From positions 10,269 to 74,268 of the forward strand of contig CADCOC010000016.1 in the NCBI GenBank assembly GCA_902802945.1: a stretch of DNA of 64,000 bases, written 5' to 3'. Positions 48,201 through 57,500 of this stretch are shown one piece after another (the stretch's first letter is position 1; every line of letters begins with the position of its first letter). The notes beneath the pieces were generated by a model. That model did no database searches and was not told the DNA's origin. It saw only the letters and a program-made list of their open reading frames with translations. The position numbers and the translations under genes were made by a program. This DNA comes from an uncultured bacterium (GTDB taxonomy: Bacteria; Verrucomicrobiota; Kiritimatiellia; RFP12; UBA1067).

Positions 48201-49579
48201 GACTCGCCCTTGAATTCGCCGGTAATCACGTCCCTGAAACCGGCCGCGCCAGTTGCGTTCGTCGTCGGCGCGAAGAAATGGACGGGCGTTCCGCTTTCCT
48301 GGATGTCGATCGAGTAAATCAGCGCCTTTGACCATCTCTGCGTAACCGTTGCGGTATAATCCGCGAAAAGCGGCAGGGTGATGCTCGTTTCCGCATCGGC
48401 TGCACAGGTTCCGCCCAGCGTCTCGCCGATGTTCCTGTTTGGATTGCGCTGCCAGAGGTTGGCCTTGCCGGTCTGCCTGTTGATCCACACATAAGCGCGG
48501 CTGGTGTTCGCGCTGCCAGTGCCTCCGCTCCCGAACGCCGAGCCGGAATAAGTGGCGCTGTCATTGATGAGGCACGCAAATTCCTTGTAGGTGCCGTTGA
48601 TGTACAGATGGCAGCCCAACGCCCCTTGCTCGCCGAAAATGCGCGCCTGTTCTGCAATCTCCGTGTACTGGAAGTCCGCCGCGATACGCGTGGTGGGCTT
48701 GACGAGATACCCCGTGTCGATGCAGTTCACGCCGTATGCGCGGATGGACGCGCTCGGGCGGAACGTGTCGGCGGGATAGAGCGCGGCGTACGCCTGCGCA
48801 TCTTCCGCCGTGAACGCCGTCTGGTAGAAGCGCATGTCGCGAAACGCAACGTTGAGATCGTTTACAGTACTCACCTCGCCGGACGTGTTCCCGGAGACAG
48901 TGCTGCAGAACTGAATCCCGCCGCCGAAAGCATAGTTAACCGACGTATGGCTCTTCTGGTAAACGCCGTCCACGTAGAAGTCAAATGTCCCGGCATTGCC
49001 AGAGGTCGGCTTCTTGTACACGACGACAACGGTATGGAATCCCTTCGCCACATCGACATTCTGGTCAAGGAGTATCTGCGCCTTGCGACTTGTCGTGCCA
49101 GATGCCCGCTGGTTTTCGTCAACGAGCAGCTTTGTCGTATCTGACGACGCACAAATGGAGATGTTCTTGCGCGAGTTGACGTTTTTCCTGCCGATTGAGA
49201 AGATGACGCCGTTGTTAGTGGTGCCGGGGCGAACGGACATCACAAACGTCCAGTCATTTCCGTTCAAGAAATTGTACAGCGTCAAGGGCCTGGAAGACGA
49301 GTCGCCCGCCGACCATCCAGTACTCATCGGGTGGGCGGCGGAGTTCGCGCCGTCGGGTCCATCAACGGGAAGTTCCGTCATGTCTCCCCTGCTACTGCTG
49401 CCGATCGTCGTATCCGAAAGCGGATCGACCGGCACCACGTCGCTGCCGCAGAACACCCTCTTGCCCGACGAAAAGTCGTAGCGGAAGTTGTAGGCGTCAA
49501 GGTCGGCGGCATGCGACACCGAGGCCGCCGCAGCCGCGCAGATCGCCGCAATCGCAGCGCGAATCATCTTTGCTTTCAT
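45203..49579 (-). CDS. Large exported protein (LamG-like domains, InlB-B-like repeat, passenger strands) ending RGFTVIVK
   Basis: Start at MKAKMIRAAIAA (signal peptide). FDFYVDG, TLTATPASGYMFTGWAG, KTGAGTMRL. Confidence 0.85.
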   Translation of the reverse strand: MKAKMIRAAIAAICAAAAASVSHAADLDAYNFRYDFSSGKRVFCGSDVVPVDPLSDTTIGSSSRGDMTELPVDGPDGANSAAHPMSTGWSAGDSSSRPLTLYNFLNGNDWTFVMSVRPGTTNNGVIFSIGRKNVNSRKNISICASSDTTKLLVDENQRASGTTSRKAQILLDQNVDVAKGFHTVVVVYKKPTSGNAGTFDFYVDGVYQKSHTSVNYAFGGGIQFCSTVSGNTSGEVSTVNDLNVAFRDMRFYQTAFTAEDAQAYAALYPADTFRPSASIRAYGVNCIDTGYLVKPTTRIAADFQYTEIAEQARIFGEQGALGCHLYINGTYKEFACLINDSATYSGSAFGSGGTGSANTSRAYVWINRQTGKANLWQRNPNRNIGETLGGTCAADAETSITLPLFADYTATVTQRWSKALIYSIDIQESGTPVHFFAPTTNATGAAGFRDVITGEFKGESMPSPSTALSYTAGFGSADDYKYESGTLYAKVYAAPDSTAKGSVAVRDGEGVVITPEADGCCWIPYGTNVTLTATPASGYMFTGWAGDTRAITGGSASDAIITISLDRVAQLRANFVRSTKPVSAYAQSGTAALIAHLDAIDNVGVGMHQAAAPTWIDLMGNLTLTKTGAAGFIDDAWKTDGSSYFQTSSTAAKDALASKAFTLELVISNPGNQVKDSYEYWTFFGEDSSHRQLVVDLRQKNSSNPLVQGVQYRESGWNSRSQFGTSAITKWNKRQYIAVVCDSTGATTYCNATNQIHKTGGGSVNPTQTNIWIGADYAGNNKLYDKSEICAVRMTSRVLTADERLRNWYVDSQRFNLSESPDGYRFADGAVEVRVTKGISGFEFSTDGGTTWTDEEVWVPINVALTLTGRYVADPTVTVPFVGLPDGASVSGNSVTFTPSRPCDISTGVPTLDLSGSAVWGAASWLIGETSIAAPTNGSAVVNLTDGDATLTLDEDVALDNLRIIGSGVLTIVRGAHAYRVESIETASGVKHLVSISNGKIIYEYTSTGFLIKELHMTPAPGETLVLSNEALNFAANAKIFPGVGGELGGRSVIANAFTTAGALEILGVTNVTPLAAEDMSKLTFAATGTQTFPALSGKGVEVTFDANAFGEPTDGAAAPTATVKANGAITMTDSAFVVRGDEAHPIVYDVAVKYALPKVIDFWGNATLTFSGAGTYNDGMTKGTDTITMHPGTTATSAKAYPYHYASGEVVLDGATLTHSEGSTYIYYLTLSNAASASVTGGAFQFGFTASDPVLKVSGTGASTFNGYFTVLGTNKSTGVNNVTIDVEDTVAGEGVDFVMAGNISSDGSYKSSSFIKTGAGTMRLDGIATLNQPIQVREGTLLLNRAEGSMAAANQISLQGGTLALAAGTSNEVASVTLTASSAMTFGDGASFTCANLTIPEGSTLYLTGDLQHPGLRVTTALPRVTLRRIRFNGARATQDADGYICIGRGFTVIVK

Positions 49580-49627
49580 ACTTTTTGCCTTTCTTTCCGT
49601 TGTTGAAGATTGGTTATGTGCAATTAT

Positions 49628-49786
49628 ACGCGGCGTCGTTTCCGATGCCGTTCCATGCCTCCACAATGGCGTCATTTGCGATTTGCCGTTCAAAGCCGCT
49701 GGTCTTCCCATGGAAGTTTGGCGATATGTTAGCACATCCTTCCGTAGTTCGTCAATCCCCCGACGGCGTTTTTGCGGGTGGCAAGG
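49628..49786 (-). repeat. 159-bp promoter-plus-leader element, copy 2
   Basis: TTGACG-N18-TAACAT with a TG extension, then a conserved ~95-nt leader before the gene at 49579. Confidence 0.9.
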
Positions 49787-49792
49787 CCATCT

Positions 49793-49913
49793 CGGCGGCG
49801 GAATGGTGGGGCGATCCGTCCTCGGCGATCCGCCCGCCCCACGGGCATCTTGCCCGTTATCGGGGTGGCGGGCGTCTCGCCCGCAACTGGGACAACGGGC
49901 ATCTTGCCCGTTG
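49793..49913. repeat. Cluster of REP-like palindromes
   Basis: GGTGGGGCGATCCGTCCTCGGCGATCCGCCC, ACGGGCATCTTGCCCGT twice, GCGGGCGTCTCGCCCGC. Relatives lie at 45158-45200 and 54370-54410. Confidence 0.8.
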
Positions 49914-49996
49914 CCAAAACAGTCTTTGCTTTAGATTTCGCTTTTGTCCGTGTTTTTGTCCGTGTAGAACGTGTAGAACGTGTTGTTGCGCGCGGG

Positions 49997-52960
49997 CTAC
50001 TTGACGATTATCATGAGGCCTGAGCGTCTGACGATGTAGCCGCTTCCGCCTTCGTCGAGCTTCGCCTTGTACCCGCCTGCTCCGAACGTGAACGCCGGCT
50101 CGCCCGTCATCTCGCCTTCCACTGCGACGACCGCCTTGCGCGACGCGCTCGCCGCCGCAGGGTCGGCGACATGGACGGGAAGCCCCGCAAGGTCCTTGTC
50201 CCCCGCGAACGTCACGGACGACGCGCCGTTCAGCGTCACGCCCGCCGAAAGCGTCACCGCGCCGAGCGTGATGTCGCTTCCGTCTGCAATCGCAAGCACG
50301 GTCGAGACCGTTCCGTTCGTAATCGTGCCCTCGCCCGACACCGTGCCGAGGCTTCTCGTTGCACCGCCCAGGCTCACCGTAGCGCCATCCGCGATCGACA
50401 CGGCCACGCCGTCCGTCGCAAGGATCGTCGTGCCCGCCTGCGCGTCGAGCGCGAGCGTCCCCGTGTGCGTGCCGCCGAGCGTCCAGTCGCCATGCCCCGC
50501 CTTGCGCACGACCACGTCGCCGTCGAGCGTTCCCGTGAACGCCTGCACCGATTCGTTCGTGAGCGTAACCGTGCCGGAGAATGCGAGCGTTCCCTCGCCC
50601 GCGAGACGGCAGAGGACGGGTGCCGCCCCGTCCGCGAGCGTCAGCGTCGCATTCGTCGCCACAACCACGTCCGCGCCAGCCTTCAGCGCATCGGCGCGTG
50701 AGAGCGTGAGCGCTCCGCCGCCCGCGACGACGTTGGAGAGGTTCGGGCTTGCGCCATCGAGCGTGAACGAACCGAGGTCGTACTTCGCGAGAGTATCGGC
50801 GGTCCACGCGCTCTTGAACGCGCAGGACTGCGCCTCCACGAATCCTGCCGCGACGCCCTTCCCGTCGTTCTCCGCGCCGACGGTCAGCGCGCCGTTCGCG
50901 ACGATGCCGCCCACCGTCAGATCCTGCGACGGTAGCGCCGTGCTTGTCGCGGCCGTGAAGAGCGCCGTGTTGCCAGCGCCGTTCGCCGCGTCCCAGAGCG
51001 TCCCTTCGCGCGGTTCGCCCGCGAGGTCGTTCCAGTTCGTCGCGTCCTCGCCCCATGCGCCGCTTGCTCCGCCCGCCCACACGTTGTGCGCGGAATCCGC
51101 CACGGCCCCAAGGTCACGCACCTGCATACCGTTCAGCTGGACGGAACGCTTGGTGATATTGCTGTAATGCCCAGACAACATGGATATCGTCTGCGTCGTC
51201 GCGGTTGCCGTGAAAAGTCCAGTCGCGAAGTCGCCGCGCGCGGGGCTGAACAAGTCCTCGTTTTGGAACTCGACCCTCGCCACGCCGTCAAGCGTCATGT
51301 AGCGGTCACCATAAGTTGCACCGCTACGTCCTTCATGCACCCAGATCTGCACAAGGTAGCGGTGTCCGGGCGTCAGTCGCTTCAGCGTCAACGTCGATGG
51401 CGTGGCGTCGGAGGTGCCGCCGCCGGGATAGGTTGCGGATTGGATCATCAGCTTATAGCCAGCGGACATGTCGCCGTCCGTAATTCCAAACGCACTCCCG
51501 TTTGAGTTTCCGCCAGAAGGGAACGCGATGTCGAAATCATCGGTTGACGCACTTGCGGACGGACGCTTCCATCCCTTGAACGTCACGCCGTTGACCTCCG
51601 CATCCGTCGTGTCTGACGTGAAGTTGTACGCGTAGAGCAGTTCGCCGTCGAGGCGCACATCGTCGTCGCGCTTCGTGATGGGGCTGACTCTCCAGTGCGT
51701 CGCCGCGCCGGAATCGAGGCGGCGCAATTGGATGGCGTTTATCTGCGGATTGCCTTTGGTCACCTTGGACGTCGGCGTGTAGAGCGAGGTGATTTTCAGC
51801 GATTTCGACAGGCCTTCCGCCGTGAACACGCCTGTGATATGCTGACCGTACGTGCCGCTTGCGACGGCGAAGGCCATGCGCTTACACCCGTCGATCTCCT
51901 GCCAGCGGTACGGTCCGATATTCGTCCGCGTGTCGTTGACCCACAGCTGCACGAGATAGCGTCCGCCCGGCGCAAGACCTTCCAGCGTCACGGTCGCGGT
52001 GCCATTTGCGGACGGATACGTCGCGCCGCCCATGAGGCGGTGGTAGTCGTCTGAAAGCGTCTGCGCGATGTCCTTGTTGAACTCGTTGACATTGCGATAC
52101 GTCATGAATTCCGTGGTCATGCGCACGTCGCGGTAGATCGTCGTGCTGCTCGTGGGCGCAAGCGGCACAAACACGACGTTGTTCACGATGGCGGTTGCCG
52201 CCGTCCAGCCCGCCGCGAACACGCACTCGCCGTCGAGGCGCACGTCGTCGTCGTCCGTGATGTTCTTCACGTCCTCCCACGCGATCAGCCCCGGCGTGAC
52301 GTCGCGCAGCTGGAGGGAGGCGAACTGTGAAACGCCCGACGCGTTGCTGGTATCGATGCATCCGACGATGGTGAAGCTCTGCGAGTCTCCAGTTGCGGTG
52401 AACGCGCCCGTGATATGCTGGCCGAATCCGTTGGACGTGCGAAGCCGGAGAACCTCCGTGCCATCGACCTTGATGTAGCGGACGTTGCCGGGATTGGCAC
52501 GGCTGTCGTTCGTCCACAGCTGGACGATGTAGGCGTGCCCCTGAATCAGGTTCTTCAGCGTGACCGTGTTTGTAACGGTCCCTCCGGTGGCGGAGGTGGA
52601 GTACACTCCCGCCCTTATCAACTGGAGATATCCCTCGCTCGCGCCTGCCGGTACGGTCGTCGCGAAGTTGTTGCTGTCGATGTACTGCGATGCGACATTA
52701 AGACCGACGTCGGCCATCGTCGCAACGCCGTCGGGAAAACCATTCCTGTTGACGCCGGCGGCGAACGAAACACCGTTCACGATGGCGGCCTTGTTCGCGT
52801 ATGCGTAGCGCAGCACGCCGTCGGTGCGCACGTCCGCGTCGCCGACGATGTTCTTCGCGTGTTCCCAACGGATGCCGTCGGCATTCGCAACAAACGGAAG
52901 AATTGCACCTGCCGCGATTGCCGCCGCCGAGACGACTGCTTTCCATGTTTGGTTTTTCAT
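49997..52960 (-). CDS. Exported protein with three tandem ~190-aa domains plus passenger strands, ending SGLMIIVK
   Basis: Three copies of DDVRLDG...VNGV.F...L..L..G..Y.VQ.W..D.R...TG.FTA...QLR. KAGHGDWTLGG. Confidence 0.88.
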   Translation of the reverse strand: MKNQTWKAVVSAAAIAAGAILPFVANADGIRWEHAKNIVGDADVRTDGVLRYAYANKAAIVNGVSFAAGVNRNGFPDGVATMADVGLNVASQYIDSNNFATTVPAGASEGYLQLIRAGVYSTSATGGTVTNTVTLKNLIQGHAYIVQLWTNDSRANPGNVRYIKVDGTEVLRLRTSNGFGQHITGAFTATGDSQSFTIVGCIDTSNASGVSQFASLQLRDVTPGLIAWEDVKNITDDDDVRLDGECVFAAGWTAATAIVNNVVFVPLAPTSSTTIYRDVRMTTEFMTYRNVNEFNKDIAQTLSDDYHRLMGGATYPSANGTATVTLEGLAPGGRYLVQLWVNDTRTNIGPYRWQEIDGCKRMAFAVASGTYGQHITGVFTAEGLSKSLKITSLYTPTSKVTKGNPQINAIQLRRLDSGAATHWRVSPITKRDDDVRLDGELLYAYNFTSDTTDAEVNGVTFKGWKRPSASASTDDFDIAFPSGGNSNGSAFGITDGDMSAGYKLMIQSATYPGGGTSDATPSTLTLKRLTPGHRYLVQIWVHEGRSGATYGDRYMTLDGVARVEFQNEDLFSPARGDFATGLFTATATTQTISMLSGHYSNITKRSVQLNGMQVRDLGAVADSAHNVWAGGASGAWGEDATNWNDLAGEPREGTLWDAANGAGNTALFTAATSTALPSQDLTVGGIVANGALTVGAENDGKGVAAGFVEAQSCAFKSAWTADTLAKYDLGSFTLDGASPNLSNVVAGGGALTLSRADALKAGADVVVATNATLTLADGAAPVLCRLAGEGTLAFSGTVTLTNESVQAFTGTLDGDVVVRKAGHGDWTLGGTHTGTLALDAQAGTTILATDGVAVSIADGATVSLGGATRSLGTVSGEGTITNGTVSTVLAIADGSDITLGAVTLSAGVTLNGASSVTFAGDKDLAGLPVHVADPAAASASRKAVVAVEGEMTGEPAFTFGAGGYKAKLDEGGSGYIVRRSGLMIIVK

Positions 52961-53066
52961 GTTGTTGTTTTTCTTTCGGTTAGTGGATGATTGGTTTCTC
53001 GCCTTTGCTTTGGCCGTTGCTTTTGTCCGTGTAGAACATGTAGAACGTGTAGTTGCGCGCGGGCTA
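52961..53066 (-). repeat. Conserved array junction unit (also at 49920-49999, 54491-54555, 57682-57791, 60096-60147)
   Basis: Core ATCGTCAA(G/A)-TAG-C(C/T)CGCGC occurs at five junctions. CACGTTCTACAYGTTCTACACGGACAAAA occurs at three, and GCAAAGGCGA at three. Confidence 0.88.
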
Positions 53067-53170
53067 CTTGACGATGAGCATGAAACCCTTGGTCGTGCGC
53101 TTGATCGTCACGCCGGGAACGGTCTTCACGTAAACGTTTGAATAACGGACGATTTGCGAAGGCCGATGTC
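53064..53170 (-). pseudogene. Orphan C-terminus of a lost array member
   Basis: Reads ...YSNVYVKTVPGVTIKRTTKGFMLIVK-stop with an in-frame stop upstream. The last 9 codons are identical in DNA to the end of the 54553 gene. Confidence 0.8.
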
Positions 53171-53288
53171 AGAAGTCTGAAGTCCTTCCAACGCGCCCAC
53201 ACGCGGCGTTTTAGCGCGGTTCCGTGCGGTTCCGTGGAGGGTGGCGGTCATGGTGTGGTTTATGCCGTTGTCTTTCTCACTTTACACT

Positions 53289-53546
53289 CTACATCGACGC
53301 CTTTAGTTGCGTGACCTGCGCAAGCGAAAGGCCAGTGTATCTTGCGACGTCCTTCAAAGCGAGAATGCCGTCCTTCAGCATCCGCTTCGCCGTCGCAAGC
53401 ATATTCTCGCGCTTGCCCTCGCGCTTACCCTCGGCAATGCCCTCGCGCTTGCCCTCGGCAATGCCCTCGCGCTTACCCTCGGCAATGCCCTCGGCCTTGC
53501 TCTCGGCCGCACGGCGTTCCGCGAATTCCTCAACTGCTTTGCACAT
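53289..53546 (-). CDS. Putative internally initiated RpnS antitoxin (85 aa)
   Basis: In-frame ATG (MCKAVEEF) preceded by AGGGAGG at 6-nt spacing. Confidence 0.65.
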   Translation of the reverse strand: MCKAVEEFAERRAAESKAEGIAEGKREGIAEGKREGIAEGKREGKRENMLATAKRMLKDGILALKDVARYTGLSLAQVTQLKASM

Positions 53547-54233
53547 GATGCGCCTCCCTTCTTCTGAATTTTTAAACTGACTAACTCTCTTCTTGAGAAT
53601 CTCGAAATACATCTCAGCCGCGTCGCGGCATCTCATATCATGCATCAATTTTCCGATGTCCGTCGTGCTTTGCGCCGCGCCGTTCACGTAGATTATGTGA
53701 GTTCCGTCACGAAGCCTATCTCCGTTCGTCTCTTCAATCCGCAGATACGAGTACACGTCCTGTCCTCGCCCCATCACATCGTTCTCGGTGATGAAGATGA
53801 CGTAGGCATCGCGCAGTTTGTCAAAGTCCTCGCCTGACTTGAGCGCGTTCGCGTCCAACAGCGCGGAGTTGTACCTCGCGCGCTTCGGCTCCGCGCCCTT
53901 GTCGGCTCGCTGGATCTCTATGTCGTACTCCTTGCCCTCGGAATCTCTTGCGAACACGTCGAAGCGAACACCGCGCCCCTGAAGGCTCTTTATCGGGTAC
54001 TCGGTCTGCGACTTGACAACCTTCAAATCCTTCTTGCCGAGGATGATCTGCAAAATCAGCTCGATGCACTCCGGCGCGTTCTCAAGGCATTTTGACATGA
54101 AGGTGTCGTCCATGAGCCGGAAGTTCTCGATCAGCGCAAGACACTCAGGATTCATGACGTGCGCAGAGCGCCCCGCCCTCGTCTTGCCGGGGGCGGACAC
54201 TTTCCGTCTGCCGTTATGCTTTGCCTTCGTCAT
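53289..54233 (-). CDS. Rpn/YhgA-like PD-(D/E)xK nuclease (PDDEXK_2 family)
   Basis: LMDDTFM, RFDVFA.D..GK.YDIEIQ, KRARYN, YVIFITEND, EGKREGIA repeats, YTGLS tail. Confidence 0.9.
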   Translation of the reverse strand: MTKAKHNGRRKVSAPGKTRAGRSAHVMNPECLALIENFRLMDDTFMSKCLENAPECIELILQIILGKKDLKVVKSQTEYPIKSLQGRGVRFDVFARDSEGKEYDIEIQRADKGAEPKRARYNSALLDANALKSGEDFDKLRDAYVIFITENDVMGRGQDVYSYLRIEETNGDRLRDGTHIIYVNGAAQSTTDIGKLMHDMRCRDAAEMYFEILKKRVSQFKNSEEGRRIMCKAVEEFAERRAAESKAEGIAEGKREGIAEGKREGIAEGKREGKRENMLATAKRMLKDGILALKDVARYTGLSLAQVTQLKASM

Positions 54234-54282
54234 GTTTTTCTCGTTTTTCCGCCTGAGGGCACATCGCCCCCAAGCACCGCAT

Positions 54283-54312
54283 ATTTTACACTATCTCCTT
54301 TTTTGGTGTCAA
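54283..54312 (-). promoter_or_regulatory. Sigma70 promoter of the Rpn gene
   Basis: TTGACA-N18-TAAAAT. Confidence 0.7.
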
Positions 54313-54369
54313 GGGACGGGCGGACAAAAAAACTTTCCGTGGCCTGCCGCCTTTGTTTTTGGGTTAGTC

Positions 54370-54484
54370 GGCGGAATGGTGGGGCGAGCCGTCCTCGGCG
54401 AGCCGCCCGCCATTACCAACGGTAGGGGCCGACCACCGGGCGGCCCGGAGATGTGGCAAAACAGGTCAGACCGGTTTTGCCACA
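54370..54484. repeat. Cluster of REP-like palindromes
   Basis: GGTGGGGCGAGCCGTCCTCGGCGAGCCGCCC, GGTAGGGGCCGACCACCGGGCGGCCC, TGTGGCAAAACAGGTCAGACCGGTTTTGCCACA. Confidence 0.8.
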
Positions 54485-54552
54485 ACTCATGCTGTTGGTC
54501 CTTTTGATGTGTGGTTTTGGTTTGACAGGATTTCGCCTTTGCTTTGCGCGGG

Positions 54553-57500
54553 CTACTTGACGATGAGCATGAAACCCTTGGTGCGTTCAAGCCGTAAACC
54601 TTCGGCCCTGGGACGTAACTTGAACCCAAGCATGGCTGTTTCTGCGTCAAGCTTAAACGCCACGTCGGACGGTGCGGAGTTCCATGTGACGATATACGGC
54701 TCGTTCGACTTCGCGAGCGCCATCAAATCCGACCGCCCGGCAAGGTTCACGTTCACCGTCGAGTGCGCGACGAACTGGACGTTCGTCGCACCCGTCTTGA
54801 AACCCGATGTCATCGGCCAACCCGCGCTTTCGGGCCACGCGCGCAGATCCATCGTCGAACCGTCCTGCATGGTCGGTCCGTAGAAATTCGTCGAAACCGG
54901 CTTGAACGTGCGATAGACGTTCAAGGCGCCGGTTCCGGCGTTGCTTGTTCCCGTATAGAGCGCTTCGTAGTCACCGACATCGAGCGCCCTGGTCGTTTCG
55001 ATGTTCAACGCACACGACACCTCAAGGTTCACGGTCTTTGCGTCTATCGCGATGTTCTTGAACGTGTCCGTGTGGAGCGTTCCACCGGAAACGCGGATGG
55101 TTCCATTCGTGATGGTCGTTCCAACAGCCCCCGAGCCGCCAAGTTCGAACGTTACGCCGGATGCCATCGTCACGTCAAGGACATGCCCGCCGAGATCAAC
55201 GGTATGCGTACTCCACAAATGCGGATGCGAACCGGATTGAGCAACGAAATACGAGTCGGCAAGAAGGCGTGTCGCCCCGAAAATACATCCGTAGTATCCG
55301 TCGGAAGTTTTTTTGTCATAATCGAAAACGACCGTGCCACCGTGCAGGACGAGTCTGTAAATGGTGTACCAGCTGTTGGCAAGCTCGAAATTCGCCCCGG
55401 ACATGATGTCAATATCCTTGAGGTTCGAAACCGTACCGTGCCCGAACGGCTCATAGTCGGAAGCTTTGGTAGTGGACCTCAACGTGCCGGCGCGGATCTC
55501 CGTCATGCCGGTGTACGTCTGCTTGGCAGTCGTAGATACCGTAAGTTTCCCAGCGCCCGTCTTCACGAACTTCAAGTTGCCGCCGAGCCGGACATTGGAG
55601 TTCTCGCTCGTGGCGTTCGCCGCCACGTCCACGCAGAATTCCGAAAGAGTTGTCGTGTTGCCGTTTGTCACCGTGGTGGCCGAAGAAGCGTCAAGGCCCG
55701 CGACCACAAGCGCGTGTCCGTTCAGGTCGATTTTGCTTCCTGCGGCAGAGGACATCACGCCCGTTCCCAAACCCCGCCAGTCGCAATTCTCCGACAACGT
55801 GCAGTCGCCTATTGTGAGCGAATAGCACGTAAGAACCTGTCCTGTGGGAACATTGAACGTCGTTGCGCCGGAAACGGAAACGTACGTGTTCTCCCCGGGA
55901 ATCGTGCCAGCGAGCAAAGTCCCTTCATAGTTTCGGCACTGCCAGTTTTGCGGGTCGGACACATTGTTTCTGTCTCCGCCGCCTATCCATTCAGCGTAAA
56001 TCGGCACGTCGGCGGCGAATGTAATCACAAGCGTCTTGCCGTCCGCGCCGAGGACTACGCTGCCGCGTGACGCGGAAACGAAGTCCGCAACGCTCTTCCC
56101 CGCAGGGACGCTAAATCCCTCCGCAGCCGTGAATACCGTCACGCCAGGCACGATGTCGGCACTTCCCATGTCGATGACGAGAGACGAACTCTCGGCAAAA
56201 GCGACCGCGCCCGTGATGGAAACATCGGGGGGAATGGTGAGCGTCACGCCCTCGCCGATGTTCAGCGAGCCAAATGAATCCATCGTCTTGAGCGCGTCGG
56301 TCGAGTATGTAAACGCGGCGTTCACATATCCTTCTCCGCGACCGCAGTCAAGCGTGAGCGAACGCGCCTTCGGCTGGGCGTCGAACGTCAGCGTAAGGTC
56401 GTCGGCCACAAACGAGATTATCGGATCCCCGAATATGCCAGAACCCATGAAATGCCCCCATTCCATGTTTTCCTTCAAGGGGGTGAACGGGAGGGCGTAG
56501 AGGTTGTAGGCGGAGTATGTGCCGCTTGCATCGGCGGTGGTGCCTGGCACGAAAACGTTCCTCTCCGACGAGAAACCGCCGTTCTCGGTGAAGTAACGAT
56601 ACGCGAACCCCAATGAATATTGCGCACGAAGCGCATAGCCATGGACGTCCGTGCCGTCGTCCGTAAAGTCGGCGAGTATGTGATGGTCGTAACCCCATGG
56701 GCGGAAGTCCACCTTCAGGTCCGTGACGGTGCCGTTCCCGTCCGATGTCACGATTCGCTGCAGACCCTGTGCCGGACGCCCAGACACCCCCGCGCCGCCA
56801 TTGCGACGGATTGAAAGATACATGTCGCGGATGTCGTCGAGCGAACATCCGCCGAACGCCTTTGCGCTGGATGTCTGGAGGTAGCCGGTGCAATGGTAGA
56901 GCGGCATGTCGTCCCACACTTCCACGGACGAGATGTACAGTACGCCGTCATTCACTTTGTCGCCGCAGAGAATGAATCCGTCGCCTGTGAAACTTGAACG
57001 CAGGTCCGTCTCCGACTCAAGCGACACGGATCGGACACCGTCGAGCGTGGACGCCGAACCCGCGGCGCCGAAATGCGCCGTGAACGAATGCCAGGCGAGG
57101 GTCGTGACCGTGCGCGAGAGAAGCGCGCCGTCTTTGTTCTTGTCCGCGCCGCTGCTTGCGTAGTTGTTCTTGTTCTCGAACTGCGACGTGCCGAACTCGG
57201 CCTCCCTTGCGCGTATGAGATTGTATCCGTTCACAAAGTACAGCTTATCGGCGGCATTGCCGTAGTCGGGCTGGATAAGGCTGCGCTGATGCCCAGCCCC
57301 CGCTGGCACGTAGAAGCGGATGCGCACCATCCATTCCTTGTCGCGCACGATTCCCGCCGGCAGAGGCATCTTCAAATGCGAACCCGATGGGATGTTGAGC
57401 GCGTAGTCGCCGTCTGCGAGACCTGGCGCCTGATCCGCGCCCACAACGGTAATTGAGTTGCCGAGCGTACCGTCGGTGATCGCCGTTGAAGTTCCTTTGC

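Noticed and set aside
49628-49720. c-di-GMP-I riboswitch call
   Set aside because: Only GGCAAA and GACGC fragments match, and the downstream conserved elements are missing. Kept as an unassigned leader.
26175-49735. Track start sites at 30812, 41698 and 49735 (also 2629 and 14194)
   Set aside because: The extensions cross upstream genes, repeats or promoters. Downstream ATGs give proper signal peptides or family N-termini.
53289-54233. Rpn gene as a true IS transposase
   Set aside because: I saw no terminal inverted repeats or target duplication. The family is better supported as a nuclease or toxin.
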